Of a stretch of 64,000 nt of DNA, positions 24,209-37,490 are shown in pieces; position 1 is the first letter of the stretch, and every line of letters begins with the position of its first letter. The position numbers were made by a program, and so were the translations under genes. Location of the stretch: assembly GCF_902713615.1 (NCBI RefSeq), contig NC_052150.1, positions 98,941,441-99,005,440 on the forward strand. Reading direction: 5' to 3'. This stretch comes from Scyliorhinus canicula (lineage: Eukaryota). Under the pieces are notes generated by a model. It was not told the origin of the DNA. It ran no database searches and saw only the letters and a program-made list of their open reading frames with translations.

Positions 24209-24431
24209 TTTTTTTAATTTAGAGTACCCAATTATGTTTTTCTCCAGTTAAGGGGCAATTTAGCGTTACCAATCAACCTAACTTGCACATCTTTGGGTTG
24301 TGGGGGTGAAACCCATACAGACACGGGGAGAATGTGCAAACTCCAGATGGACAATGACCCAGGGCAGTGATTGAAACCCAGGGCCTCAGCGCCGTAGGCT
24401 GCAATGCTAACCACTGTGCCATGTGCCGCCC
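24209..24431 (-). mobile_element. Short V-SINE variant with poly(A) tail
   Basis: 15-bp TSD AAGACATTCAATGTT (24194-24208 and 24432-24446). Confidence 0.9.
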
Positions 24432-25204
24432 AAGACATTCAATGTTAAAGGAACTACTGGACGTGGGCAATCTGGCAGCGGGGAGCTGTGGGGAGCTGTT
24501 CAGATGAGTGGTGGAAGGAGCACGCTCCCCACTGGATGAGACAAGGGAAAAATGGGAGGAAGAATTAGGGATTGAAATAGGGTGGTGGCTCTGGAGCGAA
24601 GCACTAAACAGGGCCAACTCTACATCTACTTACGCAAGGCTAAACCTCATGCAACTTGAAGTGGTGCTCAAGCACACCTAACCAGAACCCAAATGAGCAG
24701 GTTCATCTCAGAAGTGGAGGACAAGTGTGAACAACCCAAGAACAAGGCCACAAAGACAGGGCCCTGCGGCAGGGACAAAGGGTCCCAGGTCAGAATGGGC
24801 CCGGACAAGGCCTAACCACTCAGTACGGGGAAGGGCACCAATCCCCCCCATGATGTCTGTAAGCATCGTGCTTGGCATTCATCCTTAATCTTTAGCTTGA
24901 CTGAGATCTTCTTCATGTTTCCCAGCTCTCCATTAAAGACAATGGCATGTTTCTTTAATATCCTCGGTAGACCTGCTTTGGACTCCGACGTGAGGTTCGA
25001 CTTGGCTTAGTACATCTTGATTCTCTGCAGCCAGTTTCTCCACATTAGGCCTGGATAGTCACCTTTAACGCCATGCAGGGACAAATCTGAGGTCTATCCG
25101 TTTACCTCCATATTTACATTGATATGGCCCCTCAATAGAACCACTCCCCCAGAATAAGTTTTTAGTATCATCTTTGCGGGTTTAAGATGATATGTCTTAA
25201 GTTA

Positions 25205-27730
25205 GGAACATAGGGACAGGAGTAGGATATTCATCCCCTCGAGCCTGTCCTGCCTTTCAATGAGATTATGGTTGGTCTGTGGCCTAACTCTACGAGTTTC
25301 AATTGCTGTTTGTGGGAGAGAGTTCCAAACCTCCACCATACTTTAAGTGAAGAAGTTCTTCCTAACATCTCTCGTGAATGGTGTGGCCCTAATCTTTAGA
25401 CTATGCCCCCCACTTTTAGAATCTGCAACCAGTGGAAATATTTATCTTTATTGCCTTGTTTTTCTCTGTTAATATCTTAAATATATCGATCAGATCACCT
25501 TCTAAATTCTAGGGAAAATAGGCCTAATTTGTGTAATCTCTCTTGGGCAGCGCAGTAGCCTTGTGGATAGCACAATTGCTTCACAGCTCCAGGGTCCCAG
25601 GTTCGATTCCAGCTTGGGTCACTGTCTGTGTCGAGTCTGCACATCTTGTGTGTGCATGCGTTTCCTCCGGGTGCTCCGGTTTCCTCCCACAGTCCAAAGA
25701 TGTGCAGGTTAGGTGGATTGGCCATGATAAATTGCCCTTAGTGTCCAAAATTGCCCTTAGTGTTGGGTGGGGTTACTGGGTTATGGGGATAAGGTGGTGT
25801 TGACCTTGGGTAGGGTGCTCTTTCCAAGAGCCGGTGCAGACTCGATGGGCTGAATGGCCTCCTTCTGCACTGTAAATTCTATGATATCTATGAATTTAAC
25901 ACCCGTAGGCCAAGTATCATTTTTGTAAATCTGCGTTGTACTCCCTCCAAAGTCAACATATCCTTTTCAAGGTGTAGTGCCTAGAACTGCTCACAGTACT
26001 CCAAGTGGGGTCAAACCAGGGTTTTGTACAGCTGAGGCATAACTTCTGTGTCTCTGTACTACAATCCTCGAGATATAAATGCTCCCATTCCATTAAAGTT
26101 TTTGATTATTTTCTGCACCTGTTTGTGGTATTTTAAGTTCCTATGCACCTGAACCCCAAAGTCTCTTTGGACATCCACTGTACCTAACCACTTTCCATTA
26201 ACAAAGTACTCTGCTCTATCCTTTTTTCATTCAAAATGGATAGCCTCATACTTTCTTACATTGAATTCCATCTGCCACTAATTTGCCCAATCACCTAGAC
26301 TGCCAATATCTCCATGCAATTTTATGCTATCATCCAGGCTGACTACCATGCCACCTAACATTGTACCATTAGCAAATTTGGATATATGACTTTCTATGCC
26401 ATTGCCCAAGTCATTAATGAATAGTGTGAATAATTGAGGCCCCAACATAGATCCCTGTGGTACACCACAAGTCACCTCCTGTCAATTAGAGTAATTACCC
26501 ATTATCCCCACCCTCTGTCACCTGCCACTCAACCAATTTCATAACCATGTCAATAATTTGCCCTCAACACCATGGGTTCCACCTTAGTTAACAGTTTCTC
26601 AAGTGGAACTTCATCAAATGCCTTCCGAAAGTCCATATAAACAATATCTACAGACATTCCTCTGTCCAGCTCCTCTTCAAAAAATTCAGTAAGATTAGTC
26701 AAGCATAACCTCCCTTCATGAATTTATGCTGGCTCTTCCTGATTGGTTGAATATTTCAAGTGTTCAGTTATCTCATCCCTGAGTATAGACTCCAGCAATT
26801 TCCTCGCCACATATGTTAGGCTAACTGGTCTGTAATTCCATGGTTTCCCCCTTTCACCCTTCTTAGAAAGTTGAGTGACATGTGCAATTTTCCAATCCAG
26901 AGAGACTTCACCTGAATCTGGAGAACTCTGGAAGATTATAGTTAGGATATAGTTAGGGTGACAATGTGCTTCACCCTCAAGTGAAAACCATAAGGTCCTG
27001 GGACTTTTCATTCCTTACTTCCATTAATTTCCTAGCTACTTGATGTTGTACTTATGTTAATTGTATTAAGTCTCTGTACTCTATTGATTGTTAATTTTTT
27101 CATGACTTCCGGCAAATTATCCTCCTTTTCTACTGTAAATGCTGAGGCAAAGTAATTGTTCAACATGTTCACCATTTCTCTATTCTCAATGACAATATTT
27201 CCATTTTCAGCATTTAGTGAGCCGACGTTGACCACCCGCTTTCCCCCTATATAACTATAACATTTTTTCTTATTGATTGTGATGTCGCTTGCAAGTTTCC
27301 TTTCATAATCCATTTTAGTACTCTTATAAACTGCTTTGTGACTCTTTGCTGGTCTTTGTATCTTTCCCATTCGTCCAGAGATGTGTTATGTGTTGCATTT
27401 TTGTAAATCCTTTTAATTTTACGCTGTCCCTAACCTCTTTCGTTGTCCATCCATGGCTGTTTTTTTGTGTGAAGTGGAGACTTATCCTTTCAGGGGTATA
27501 CACTCGCTCTGTATATTGCTAAAATTATTTTAAAAATATTCCCCACTGATCATCAGTTATTCGGCCCATTAACAGATCTTCCCAGTTTACCATGGACAGT
27601 CTCTGTCTTATCCCATTAAAGTCAGCCTTATCCAAGTCCAAAATTCTAGTATCTGAAACACGTGTTTCCCTTTCAAACGTTACATTGAATTCAACATGTT
27701 GTGATCACTATTTGATAAATGTTCACGCAC
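25205..27730 (-). mobile_element. Old CR1 LINE, decayed, containing a SINE
   Basis: GVPQGSMLGPQLF, NYRPVSLT, LNNYFASAFTVE; many stops. Confidence 0.9.
25545..25892 (+). mobile_element. HE1-like V-SINE with CR1-type tail
   Basis: B-box GGTTCGATTCC, V-core, tail CTGCACTGTAAATTCTATG. Confidence 0.92.
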
Positions 27731-27989
27731 ATAAATTTAAAGTTTTGTTCGTTAACAAAGCTTTGTGTTCTTTATTCAACACCATGCATCTGAGCCATCC
27801 AGGTAAGGCAGAATAGAGAATACAACACCCATGGTCCCTTATAGTCCCATGACAATTTAGTGCAAACTCATGCCAATTCTTGACCCCCTACAATCTACCT
27901 TTGCCCTTATAGCCTCTGTGCCAACTCACCCAGTTCCACCACAGGTAGATTACGTTCCATCAGGAGCCATGCTGAGCTGAAATAAATTG

Positions 27990-29335
27990 AAGTTCCATAC
28001 ATCTATTACAGACATCACCATATTGAAAAACGCTCATTCATTAAAACCCATTCCATACATATTCACCAGGACCACTGGCATTCCCTCCAGCTTTCCACTG
28101 ACCTACTTATATGCCTACTTCCCAGATCGGCCACAATACTACCCACCTCAAAAGCCACTCTTTTATTAACTAACATTGCCACCCCCTTGTCTTCATGTTT
28201 AGCCCCGGGTGGAACACCTGCCCCATCCATCCCTGCCTCAGCCTCGTCTGAACACCCAGCTTCAGGTGCATCTCCTGCAGAAACACAACGTCCGCCGTCA
28301 GACTCCTCAAATGCATGAACACATGTGTCTGTTTAGCTGGCGCATTCATCCCTCTCACATTCCGCATGACCAGCCGGGTCGGGGAGCTTCCCGACACCCT
28401 CCCTTGCCGATCAGCCATATCCCTTTTTAAGCAATCCCCTGACCTGCGTCACCCACTCCTCCAGGTTCGTCCTCGATGGTCGGCGCCATCTCTCCCTTCC
28501 CCACGGTGTCACATCAACCACACCCATGTCAGAAACCCTCCTCTCTCATACCAAATAACCAACCCCATCTCCCCCCCACCCTCTTGGCAACCCTCCACTT
28601 CGCTCCCGTTAACTAGCCTGCCCAGCTAGCATGGTGGCTCCTGTCCAAGGCCTCTGACTTCCTCATCCTCCTCCAGTTCCCCCCTCCTGCCCCCCATCCT
28701 CCCATCCACCAACAAACAAAGAGAAACGAAAGGCACACTCATCATCACAGCTCCCCGTTGAAACACACTCCATGTGCCCCACAATGAACACAAAGTTTAT
28801 CTCCAAAGTTCAATGGTTTCACACTCCTTCCAGTCCATGGTCCCTCAAAATCTATCGCCTTCGCTCACAAGTCAAAATAAATTTCCTTGATTCCATCATT
28901 TCCATCCACAAGCGGGAAGAGTACAAAACCCCGAACTTCACCCCTTCTTAAAGTGGGCAGCCTTTGTCTGGTTGTACTCAGCCCTCCACTTCGCCAGCTA
29001 TGCACTCATGTCCTGGTAGACCCACAGCTCACTCCCTCCCAGGTGCATTTCTTGATCTAACTCGCCCACTTCAGAATCTTTTTTTAGTCCAGAAATCGAT
29101 GCAGCCTCACCATCATCGCCCTTGCCAGTTTTCCCACCTGTGGCCTCCTCTTCAGTGCCCTATCCACCTCGAGTGGCTGGTCGAAGGCCCCCTCCCCCAT
29201 CAACGTCTCCAGCATGCTCACCACATATTTGCCGGCTTCTGCTCCCTCAATGCCCTCAGGCATCCCGACAATCCTCAAAATCTGCCTTCTTGAGTGCTTC
29301 TCAAGGTCAGCCCTTGATCTTATTTCCATTAAACA
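27990..29335 (-). mobile_element. L1-type LINE fragment: ORF1 C-terminal part and start of the ORF2 endonuclease
   Basis: ORF1-like SRRQILRIVGMPEGIEG...LEVDRAL; endonuclease RNVRGMN...DVVFLQEMHL. Confidence 0.85.
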
Positions 29336-29543
29336 TCGGACCAACCAACTACACCTCAGCCCCAATGTTAGCAGATATTGTCAATAGTTCCCTCGCTTCA
29401 GATATCATCCCTCTCTCCATCAAATCTTCTACCATCACTCCTCTTTTCAAAAAAATACAAAGTTTTTCCTTGCAAAGTTTATCCTTGCAAACTTCAATCC
29501 GAACTCCAACCTCCCTTTCCACTCCAAAACCTTTGAATGTGTT

Positions 29544-29822
29544 TGTGGTGAATACATTCACCATAATGTATGCATGATACCATAACCTGTAACCTGTGAC
29601 CTGTAAGTGGTGATATGAACTGCTTCCAGGTACTGTACTGTACCATACTACCCGACTAGCCATTCTCGGCTATGCCATAGAGAACGGAGTCCTAGGGCTC
29701 GACACAATCGCATGCGCCCCCTCACAGAACCCTCCCTTCTCCACAGCCTCAAGGCCTTCATGACTAATAAAGCCTACTGTTCACTTGCTCTCTCTGCCTC
29801 ACGGTGAATTGAAGGTATATCA
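29544..29822 (+). mobile_element. Solo LTR (Gypsy)
   Basis: TGTGGTG...TATATCA; perfect TSD GTGTT; AATAAA at 29766. Confidence 0.9.
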
Positions 29823-29956
29823 GTGTTGTTGCCTCGCAAACCGGTTGCCATCTTCTCCAGAATTCAATGCTTTAAACCCTCCAATCAGATTTTAGCCCCG
29901 GCACAGTTCTGAAAATTGCTCTCACTAAAGTTACAAATTAGATTGTATGTGAGTGT

Positions 29957-30364
29957 TGTCATAATATCCACTCATGGATATAATGAGATGCAGACAGGCA
30001 GTGATTGACACACAGGATAACCAATGAACACACACGATAGAACAACCAATCACCAGACAGGACACTACCACTATAAAACGCACGAGGCATTAAGACTCTG
30101 CCTCTTCTCACTGGATACAGCTACAGAGATAGTTAGAGTGCACAAGGCCATGAGCACCTTCTCCATGTGACAGAGAGCTAGTCTGGTCAAGCCAGTCTGA
30201 GGTTATCAGTTTAGATTAATAGAGTGTCAACCTACAGCAGATTGTGTACAGCAACAAGCAAGTTCAATAAAACAGTGTTGGACCATCTCCTGTGTCGGAA
30301 GCCTGATTCGAGTCTCACTGCATTCAGTTGCAGTCGATGTTAGACCAACTCAGATAACACATCA
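29957..30364 (+). mobile_element. Solo LTR
   Basis: TGTCAT...CACATCA; TSD AGTGT/GGTGT; two CCAAT boxes, TATAAAA at 30073, AATAAA at 30266. Confidence 0.85.
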
Positions 30365-30662
30365 GGTGTCACAAAGGTGAACCTTCCCTCACCCCCTTCA
30401 TACTTTTCAGCTTGTTGGCAGCCTTTGACAGAGATAACCACAACATTCTCCTCAAATCCTCTTTGCTGCTGCCCAACTGGGTGGGACTGCTCTCACGTGA
30501 TTCCATTCTTATCCATATAATCGTAGACAGAAAATCACTTCTCTTACTCCCCGAACCATGAACTAAATATCCTCAAATATATATCCTTGGTCCTTTCCAA
30601 TTTCTCATCTGCATACTGCTCCTTGATTACATCATCCAATGGCACGATGTTAGTTTTTACAT

Positions 30663-31386
30663 TGTTACACTCATTGGACTTTACATGTTTTAAAATGTCT
30701 CCTTTAACTTAAGGTCAAATTGGGATTTGTAGAAGAATGCCAGCTCAGAGAAAAACGTATGAGGTCTGGTTTCCCTGGCGTGAAACTCACACATAAACCT
30801 CTTGAAATCAAGGGACAGTTTTCAAACTTGTACACAATTACTCACAAAGGAGGGACAGCTGCTTCGTGCGACACGGAGAAAGTAGAGGAACAAAGCAGTT
30901 ACTGTGATGGTGAAGCAGGATGATTTTTACGAGTTTTGTTTTCTGTCCAGAAAGTACACACTGGGAAATTTAAGGAACAAGAAATCATCAAGCTGGGCCT
31001 TGCTGGTGAAAGTCGAATCCAGAAGACTCAGCTGAGTGTAACAACTTTCGAAAGACACTTGATGTTTTGACTCAGCACAGCAGGGCGAATTGAGCCTGCC
31101 GGAGGGCCAGGGGTAACTTTGGACTTGATCTTGTAATGCAACACATCTGGCAGAGTGCGTTGCTCAGCAAAATAAGGTTTCTGACGTACTGTGATTGTGT
31201 TCTTTCATTAACGTGGAAGTACCTTTGCTTCAGTGAAATGTATTTGTTAACTGTTAGCAAATATTTGATTGATGTAGATTTTAGTGTTTTACAACAAAAG
31301 TCTTAAAAGGTGAATTCTTGTCCTTTGGTATTTTCTGTTGGTCATTTGGTTAATTCCTCTTTTTTTTGAGACAGAGATTGCCAACA
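30663..31386. mobile_element. Probable solo LTR
   Basis: TGTT...AACA termini; 4-bp TSD ACAT/ATAT; interrupts L2 just before its YADD-like motif. Confidence 0.65.
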
Positions 31387-31976
31387 ATATGTCAGCGGAC
31401 AACAACCAGCTCCCCCTCACCACCGCTTCCTATGACTACTCCACTGTTACTAAGTTATCAGACTGTTTATCAAAACAAGCAGAAATTTCCATCAATTAAA
31501 TATTGGGAAGGCTGAAGCCATTGTTTTCAGCACATCTGCTGCTCTGCTGAAACCCTCATTATTACCTTTGCTTCCTCTAGACTGGACTATACCAATACAC
31601 TCTAGCTAGTCTCCCATATTCTATCCTCTGTAAACTTTAAGTCATCCAAAACTCTGCTGTCCACAGCTTACATGTGCAGTTAAGTCCCATTCGCCCTTTG
31701 ACCCTGAAGTTGCTAACTGACGCTGGCTCCCGGGAAAGTTATGGAAGGCTTTAAAATTCTCACCCTTGTTTTCAAATCCCTCCAAGGCCTTGCCCTTCCC
31801 CATCTCTGTAATCTCAGTCAGCCCACAACCCTCTGAGGTATTTGTGCTCCTCTAATTCAGTTCTGTTTTCATTCCCTATTATTATTGTTCCAAAATTGGT
31901 GGCCACGCCTTCAGTTGCCATGGCCCAAGCTCTGGAATTCCTCCCTACACCTCTCCACCTTGCTATCCTCATTTAA

Positions 31977-32199
31977 AAAAAAAAAATTTTGAGTAACCAA
32001 TTCATTTTTTTCCAATTGAGGGGTAATTTAGCGTGTTCAATCCACCTACCCTGCACATCTTTGGGTTGTGGGGGTGAAACTCACGCAAACACGGGGAGAA
32101 TGTGCAAACTCCACACGGACAGTGACCCAGAGCTGGGATCGAACCTGGGACCTCGGCGCCATGAGACTGCAGTGCTACAACTGCGCCACCGTTCTGCCC
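31977..32199 (-). mobile_element. Short V-SINE variant with A/T-rich tail
   Basis: 16-bp TSD TGCTATCCTC(A/C)TTTAA (31961-31976 and 32200-32215). Confidence 0.9.
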
Positions 32200-32884
32200 T
32201 GCTATCCTCCTTTAAGACCAGCGATAGGCAACCGAGGGCTGGTGAGTGGTCCACATGAGTCGACCTTCTTCTCAGTGGGCCACAACATTGCAATCGGGCA
32301 TGTCACTAACTGTGAACCCATGAAGATGATTAAATAGATTCAATCCAGAGGAGGTTTACAAGAATGGTCCCAGGGATGAGAAATCTCAGTTATGAGGATA
32401 GATTGGAGAGTTTGGGATTGTTCTCCTTGGAGAGAAGGTGAAGGGGAAATTTGACAGGGATGTTTAAAATCATGAGGGGTTGGACAGAGTAGACAGGAAG
32501 AAACTGTTACTGCTTGTAAAAGGATCAAGAACAGGAGGGCTGAGGCACGATCAATTACTCAAAGACAAGAGTTGGATGTAATCGAGGCTTTATTACACTA
32601 AGATGTGTGGCCTCCTACAGCAGCTGGCGAAGAGGCTGCTGTACTGGGAGCACACTTCATACACCGCCTACTGGGCGGAGCCAGCAGGCAGGGGACTAAC
32701 CGCATACCTGTAGTACAGGGCCTTACCACAAAACACCTACACCGACATCCTCTATATACAATATATACATCAGTGGTGACCACCACATTCACCCCCTGTT
32801 AAGATCGAGTCCGGCGGGGGTCGTGGAGAACTATATACAGGTAGACTTTTCAAAAAATTGAGTCCAGCAGGGTGGAGGAGAAAA

Positions 32885-35800
32885 TTATGTACAGAGGGAT
32901 GGTGTTTTAAAAGCCCAGATCATGTTACAGATTGATCTGCCGTTAGGAGCGCTGCAATGCTGGCGGTGATTCCGGTGTGAGTTTGGTCTTCGGTGACTCC
33001 GGGAGCGTGTCAAAATCCTCTTCATCCTCGGGTGTGGGCAAGGGGAGGATGGATTATCCTGGGGCGGGGTTTGCGGCTGGGCTCGTCGGGGGAGGGGAGG
33101 GTGGTGCTGGGTGGGAGGGGGAGCGTGTGGGGAACCAGCTGGTGCCAGGTCCCTGAGGGAGACAGTATCTTGCCGGCCGTCGGGGTACGCAACGTGGGCG
33201 TACTGTAGGTTGGCGTGAAGTAGCTGTACCCTCTCAACCAACGGGTCCGCCTTGTGGATCATACGTGCTTACAGAGGAATACGGGTCCTGGATCTGCGAG
33301 CCAAGTCGGGAGCGGACTTCCTGGGGACAGCAAAGAGACGATCATGGGGTGTTTCATTAGTCGCGGTGCACAGGAGCGACCGAATGGAGTGCAGGGCGTC
33401 GGGATGGACCTCCTGCCAGCGGGAGGCCGGGAGATTTCTGGACCATAGGGCCAGCTGGACGGCCCTCCAGACCGTCCCATTCTCCCTCTCCACCTGTCCG
33501 TTTCCCAGGTGATTATAGCTGGTCGTCCTGCTCGAGGCAATGTCCCTGTTGAGCAGGAACTGACGCAGCTCATTGCTCACGAATGAGGATCCCCTGTCGC
33601 TGTGGATGTAGGCGGGGAAACCGAATAGAGCGAAGATGGTGTTGAGGGCTCTGATGACTGTGGCAGACGTCATGTCGGGGCATGGGATGGCAAAGAGGAA
33701 TCTGGAATACTCATCGACCACACTGAGGAAGTATGTGTTATGGTCGATGGAGGGGAGGGGCCCTTTGAAGTCCACGCTGAGGCGTTCAAAGAGGTGGGAG
33801 GCCTTCACCAGGCACGCACGGTCTGGCCGGTAGAAGTGCAGTTTACACTCCGCGCAGACCTGGGAGTCCCTGGTGATCATCCTGACTTCCTCAATGGAGT
33901 AGGGCAGATTGCGAGCCTTGATGAAATGGGAAAACGTGTGACCCCCGGGTGACAGAGGTTGTCGTGCAGAGTTCGGAGTCGGTCCACTTGTGCGCTGGCA
34001 CATGTACCTCGGTTTAGGGCATTGGGGGGCTCGTTGAGCTTACCGGGGCGATACAAAATCTCGTAGTTGTAGGTGGAGAGCTCGATCCTCCACCTCAAGA
34101 TTTGATCCTTTTTGATCTTGCCCCGCTGTGTATTGTTGAACATGAAGGCTACCAACCATTGGTCAGTGAGGAGAGTGAATCTCCTGCCGGCCATGTAATG
34201 CCTCTAATGCCGTACAGCTTGAACGATGGCTTGGGCCTCTTTTTCGACGGAGGAATGCCGAATTTCGGAGGCGTGTAGGGTTTGTGAGAAAAATGCCACG
34301 GGGCTGCCTGCCTGGTTGAGGGTGGCAGCTAGAGCGACATCTGATGCGTCGCTCTCGACTTGAAATGGTAACGTCTTGTCGACTGCGTGCATCGCGGCCT
34401 TGGCGATGTCAGCATTAATATGGTTGAAGGCCTGGTGAGCCTCGGCCGTCTTGGGAAACAGAGTGGATTGAATGAGTGGACTGGCCTTGTCCGCATAGTT
34501 TGGGACCCACTGAGTGTAATAAGAGAAGAACCCCAGGCATCATTTGAGGGCCTTGGGACAGTGAGGGAGGGGAAGTTCCATGACGGGGCGCATGCGGTCG
34601 GGATCAGACCCCAGAACTCGGTTCTGCACCACATAGCCGAGGATGGCTAAGCAGTTCGTGCTGAATACATACTTCTTCTTGTTATAAGTTAGGTTGAGGA
34701 GAGTGGCGGTGTGGAGAAATTTGGCAAGGTTGGTGTCATGGTCCTGCTGATCGTGGCCGTAGATGGTGACATTGTCCAGGTACGGGAAGGTGGCCCGCAG
34801 TCCGTACCGGTCAACCGTTCGGTCCATTTCCCGTTGGAAAACCGAGACCCTGTTGGTGGCGCCAATGGGAACCCTGAGAAAGTGGTAAAGGCGGCCGTCT
34901 GCTTCGAAGGCAGTGTATGGGCGGTCCGCCTTACGGATGGGGAGCTGGTGGTAGGCGGATTTCAGGTCCACAGTTGAGAAGACCCGGTACTGTGCAATCT
35001 GATTGACCATATCGGATATGCGCGGGAGGGGTTACGCGTCGAGCTGCGTGTACCTGTTGATGGTCTGGCTGTAGTCCACAACCATCCTGTGTTTCTCCCC
35101 AGTTTTCACCACTACCACTTGGGCTCTCCAGGGGCTGTTGCTGGCTTCGATGATGCCTTCCCAAAGCAGTCGCTGGACTTCGGACCTGATGAAGATCCTG
35201 TCCTGGGCGCTATACCATCTGTTCCTGGTGGCGATGGGTCTGCAATCCGGAGTTAAGTTTGCAAATAGGGAAGGTGGGTTGACTTTTAGGGCTGCGAGGC
35301 CGCACACAGTAAGGGGTGGTAGGGGCCCGCCGAATTTCAGTGTTAGGCTTTGGAGGTTGCACTGGACATCCAGGCCGAGTAGCAGGGTAGCGCTGAGGTT
35401 GGGGAGGATGTAGAGGCGGAAGCCGCTGAACTCCATGCCCTGGACGGTGAGGGTGGCTATGCAGTACTCCCGGATTGCCACAGAGTGGGACCCAGAGACC
35501 AGGGAGATTCTACGGTTGGCGGGAGCAGTTCCTTACCATATCGGGATGAATTAAGCTCTCGCTGCTCCCGAAGTCCAGCAGACAGGAGAACTCGTGCCCA
35601 TCGATTTTCACGTTGGTGGAAGCAGTTGATAGGTTGTGTGGGCGAGGCTGGTCAATTGTGACCGAGGCGAGACATGGCTGGTCATCGGTGATGGCAGGCG
35701 ATGAGGTGCCTGGGGGGCATGGGTCCTGGTAAAATGGCGGTGCCTACGGGCCGTACGTATCGTGAGGAAGACAAGATGGCGGCGCCCAATGATCCTGGGG

Positions 35801-37490
35801 AGAACAAAGTCGGGGATTCTCCTCTACCCGGCGGGGCGGGGGTCCCGGCATGTTGGGGTGGCATGAATCACTCAGACGTCGGGCAGCCCCAAAGGTGCGG
35901 AAATCTCCGCACCTTTGAGGGCCAAGCTCTCACATTGAGGGGCTAGGCCCACGCCGGAGTGGTTCCCGCTCCGCCGGCTGGCATGAACGGCCTTTCGCGC
36001 CATGCCAGCCGGGGCCGAAAGGACTTCGCCGGCCGGCGTAAGCCCGCGTATGCGCCGGAGTGTCAGCGGCTGCTGACATCATATCGGTGCATGCGCAGGG
36101 GAGGGGGTCTCTTCCGCCTCTGCCATGGTGAAGAGAAAAAGAGTGCCCCCATGGCACAGGCCCGCCCGCCGATCGGTGGACCCCGAATGCGGGCCAGGCC
36201 ACCGTGGGGGCAGCCCCCAGGAACAGATCATGCCGCGCCCCCCACCAGGACCCTGGCGCCCGTCTGCACCGCCAATCCTGCCGGTAAGGTAGGTGGTTTA
36301 ATCTACACCGGTGGGAGAGGCTTGTCAGCAGTGGGACTTTGGCCCATCACGGGCGGGAGAAGCGCTGCGGGGGGGGGGGCCCGCCGACTGGCACGGCACG
36401 ATTCCCGCCCCCGCCGAATCTCGGGTGGTGGAGAATTTGGGACACGGTGGGGGTGGGATTGACGCCGGCGGGGGGTTGGAGAATCCCGCCCAAGATAGCG
36501 ACGCCCACGGGCCGCATGTAGTGGGGTTTGAACAGGATGGCGGCAGATCACGGGCCACATGTGGTCCGAGGGGGGGGAAGATGGCCGCATGTAGTGGGGT
36601 TTGAACAGGATGGCGGCAGATCACGGGCCACACGTGGTCCGAGGGGGGGAAGATGGCGGCAGCCACTGGTCGCACGTGGGGGGAAGTCGGAACAATAGCA
36701 GTGACTGCGCGGGCCTGGCACACCGCGGCAAAGTGTCCCTTTTTGCCACAGGCCTTGCAAAGGGTGCTCCGGGCCGGGCAACGCTGTCGGGGGTGTTTAG
36801 GCTGCCCACAGAAGTAACATTTGGATTCCCCAGGGTTGACTGGCTGCTGCGCGGCACAGGCGTGGGGTTGGCTGAGGGGTGTTCGCTGGTGAGGTCCACG
36901 ATGGAGCGGCCATCTGCTGAGTCCATGATGCACAGGAGGGGTGTACCGCGCTGCCAGGGGCCTAGGCCTGGATGTTGCGCGAAGCAACCCTAAGCGAGAG
37001 CGCTAGCATTTCAGTCTCCACAAGGTTGAGCGTGGCCCCTTCTAAGAGGCGCTGTCAGATGTAATTGGACCCTATCCCTGTGACAAAAGCGTCTCTCATG
37101 AGCAAGTTGGAGTGTTCCATGGCCGTGACGGCCTGACAGTTACAGTCTCTAACTAGGGGAATCAGGGCACGCCAGAAATTATCCACTGACTCACCAGGAA
37201 GTTGACGACGAGTGGAGAGGATGTGCCTGGCGTAGAGCGTTAGTCCGCTGAGCGTAGTTTTCTTTCAGTAGCGCCATGGCTTCTGCGTAGGTCAACACAT
37301 ACTGGATAAGTGGAAAGAAGTTGGAGCTCAGCCGCGTGAAGAGGATCTGAATCTTCTGAGCTTCTGGAATTTTGTCAGGCACAGATCCGATGTATGCTTC
37401 GAAACAGACTAGCCAATGTTGAAAGTCCTTTTTGGCGTTGTCGGATTGCGGATCCAGCTGCAGGCGATCCGGCTTGATGCAGAGGTCCAT
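32885..37490 (-). pseudogene. gag-pol of the Gypsy provirus, frameshifted and MITE-interrupted
   Basis: ATG 37490 MDLCIKPDRLQLDP; knuckles CYFCGQPKHPRQRC...CKACGKKGHFAAVC; protease LLDFGSSES; RT DLKSAYHQ/YLDN; RNase H ESDASD; integrase DFKGPLP, SDRG, GNGQVEREN. Confidence 0.93.
35809..36491. mobile_element. Harbinger-type MITE, family B
   Basis: TIRs GTCGGGGATTCTCC / GGAGAATCCCGCCC; reverse-complement homolog of 45094-45660; 3-bp TSD AAA/AAG. Confidence 0.88.

Larger units (their letters stand above)
22920..24735 (+). mobile_element. Decayed L1/Tx1-type LINE ORF2 fragment, interrupted by a solo LTR and a SINE
   Basis: ADDL motif near 22930, FGAISGDKLNLSKCEVFP, GDLALPNLQYYHWAA, SPVVAATLRTWNQMREHF, REKWEEELGIEI. 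Confidence 0.85.
29336..32220 (+). mobile_element. Decayed L2 LINE hosting three solo LTRs and a SINE
   Basis: ADIVNSSLAS, LSAAFD, ADNNQL (YADD-like), SRLDY, IQNSAV-type L2 motifs in broken frames. Confidence 0.8.

Noticed and set aside
36505-36680. About 71-bp tandem repeat after the gag zinc knuckles
   Set aside because: Local expansion in the variable gag-protease linker of a dead provirus; no independent function evident.
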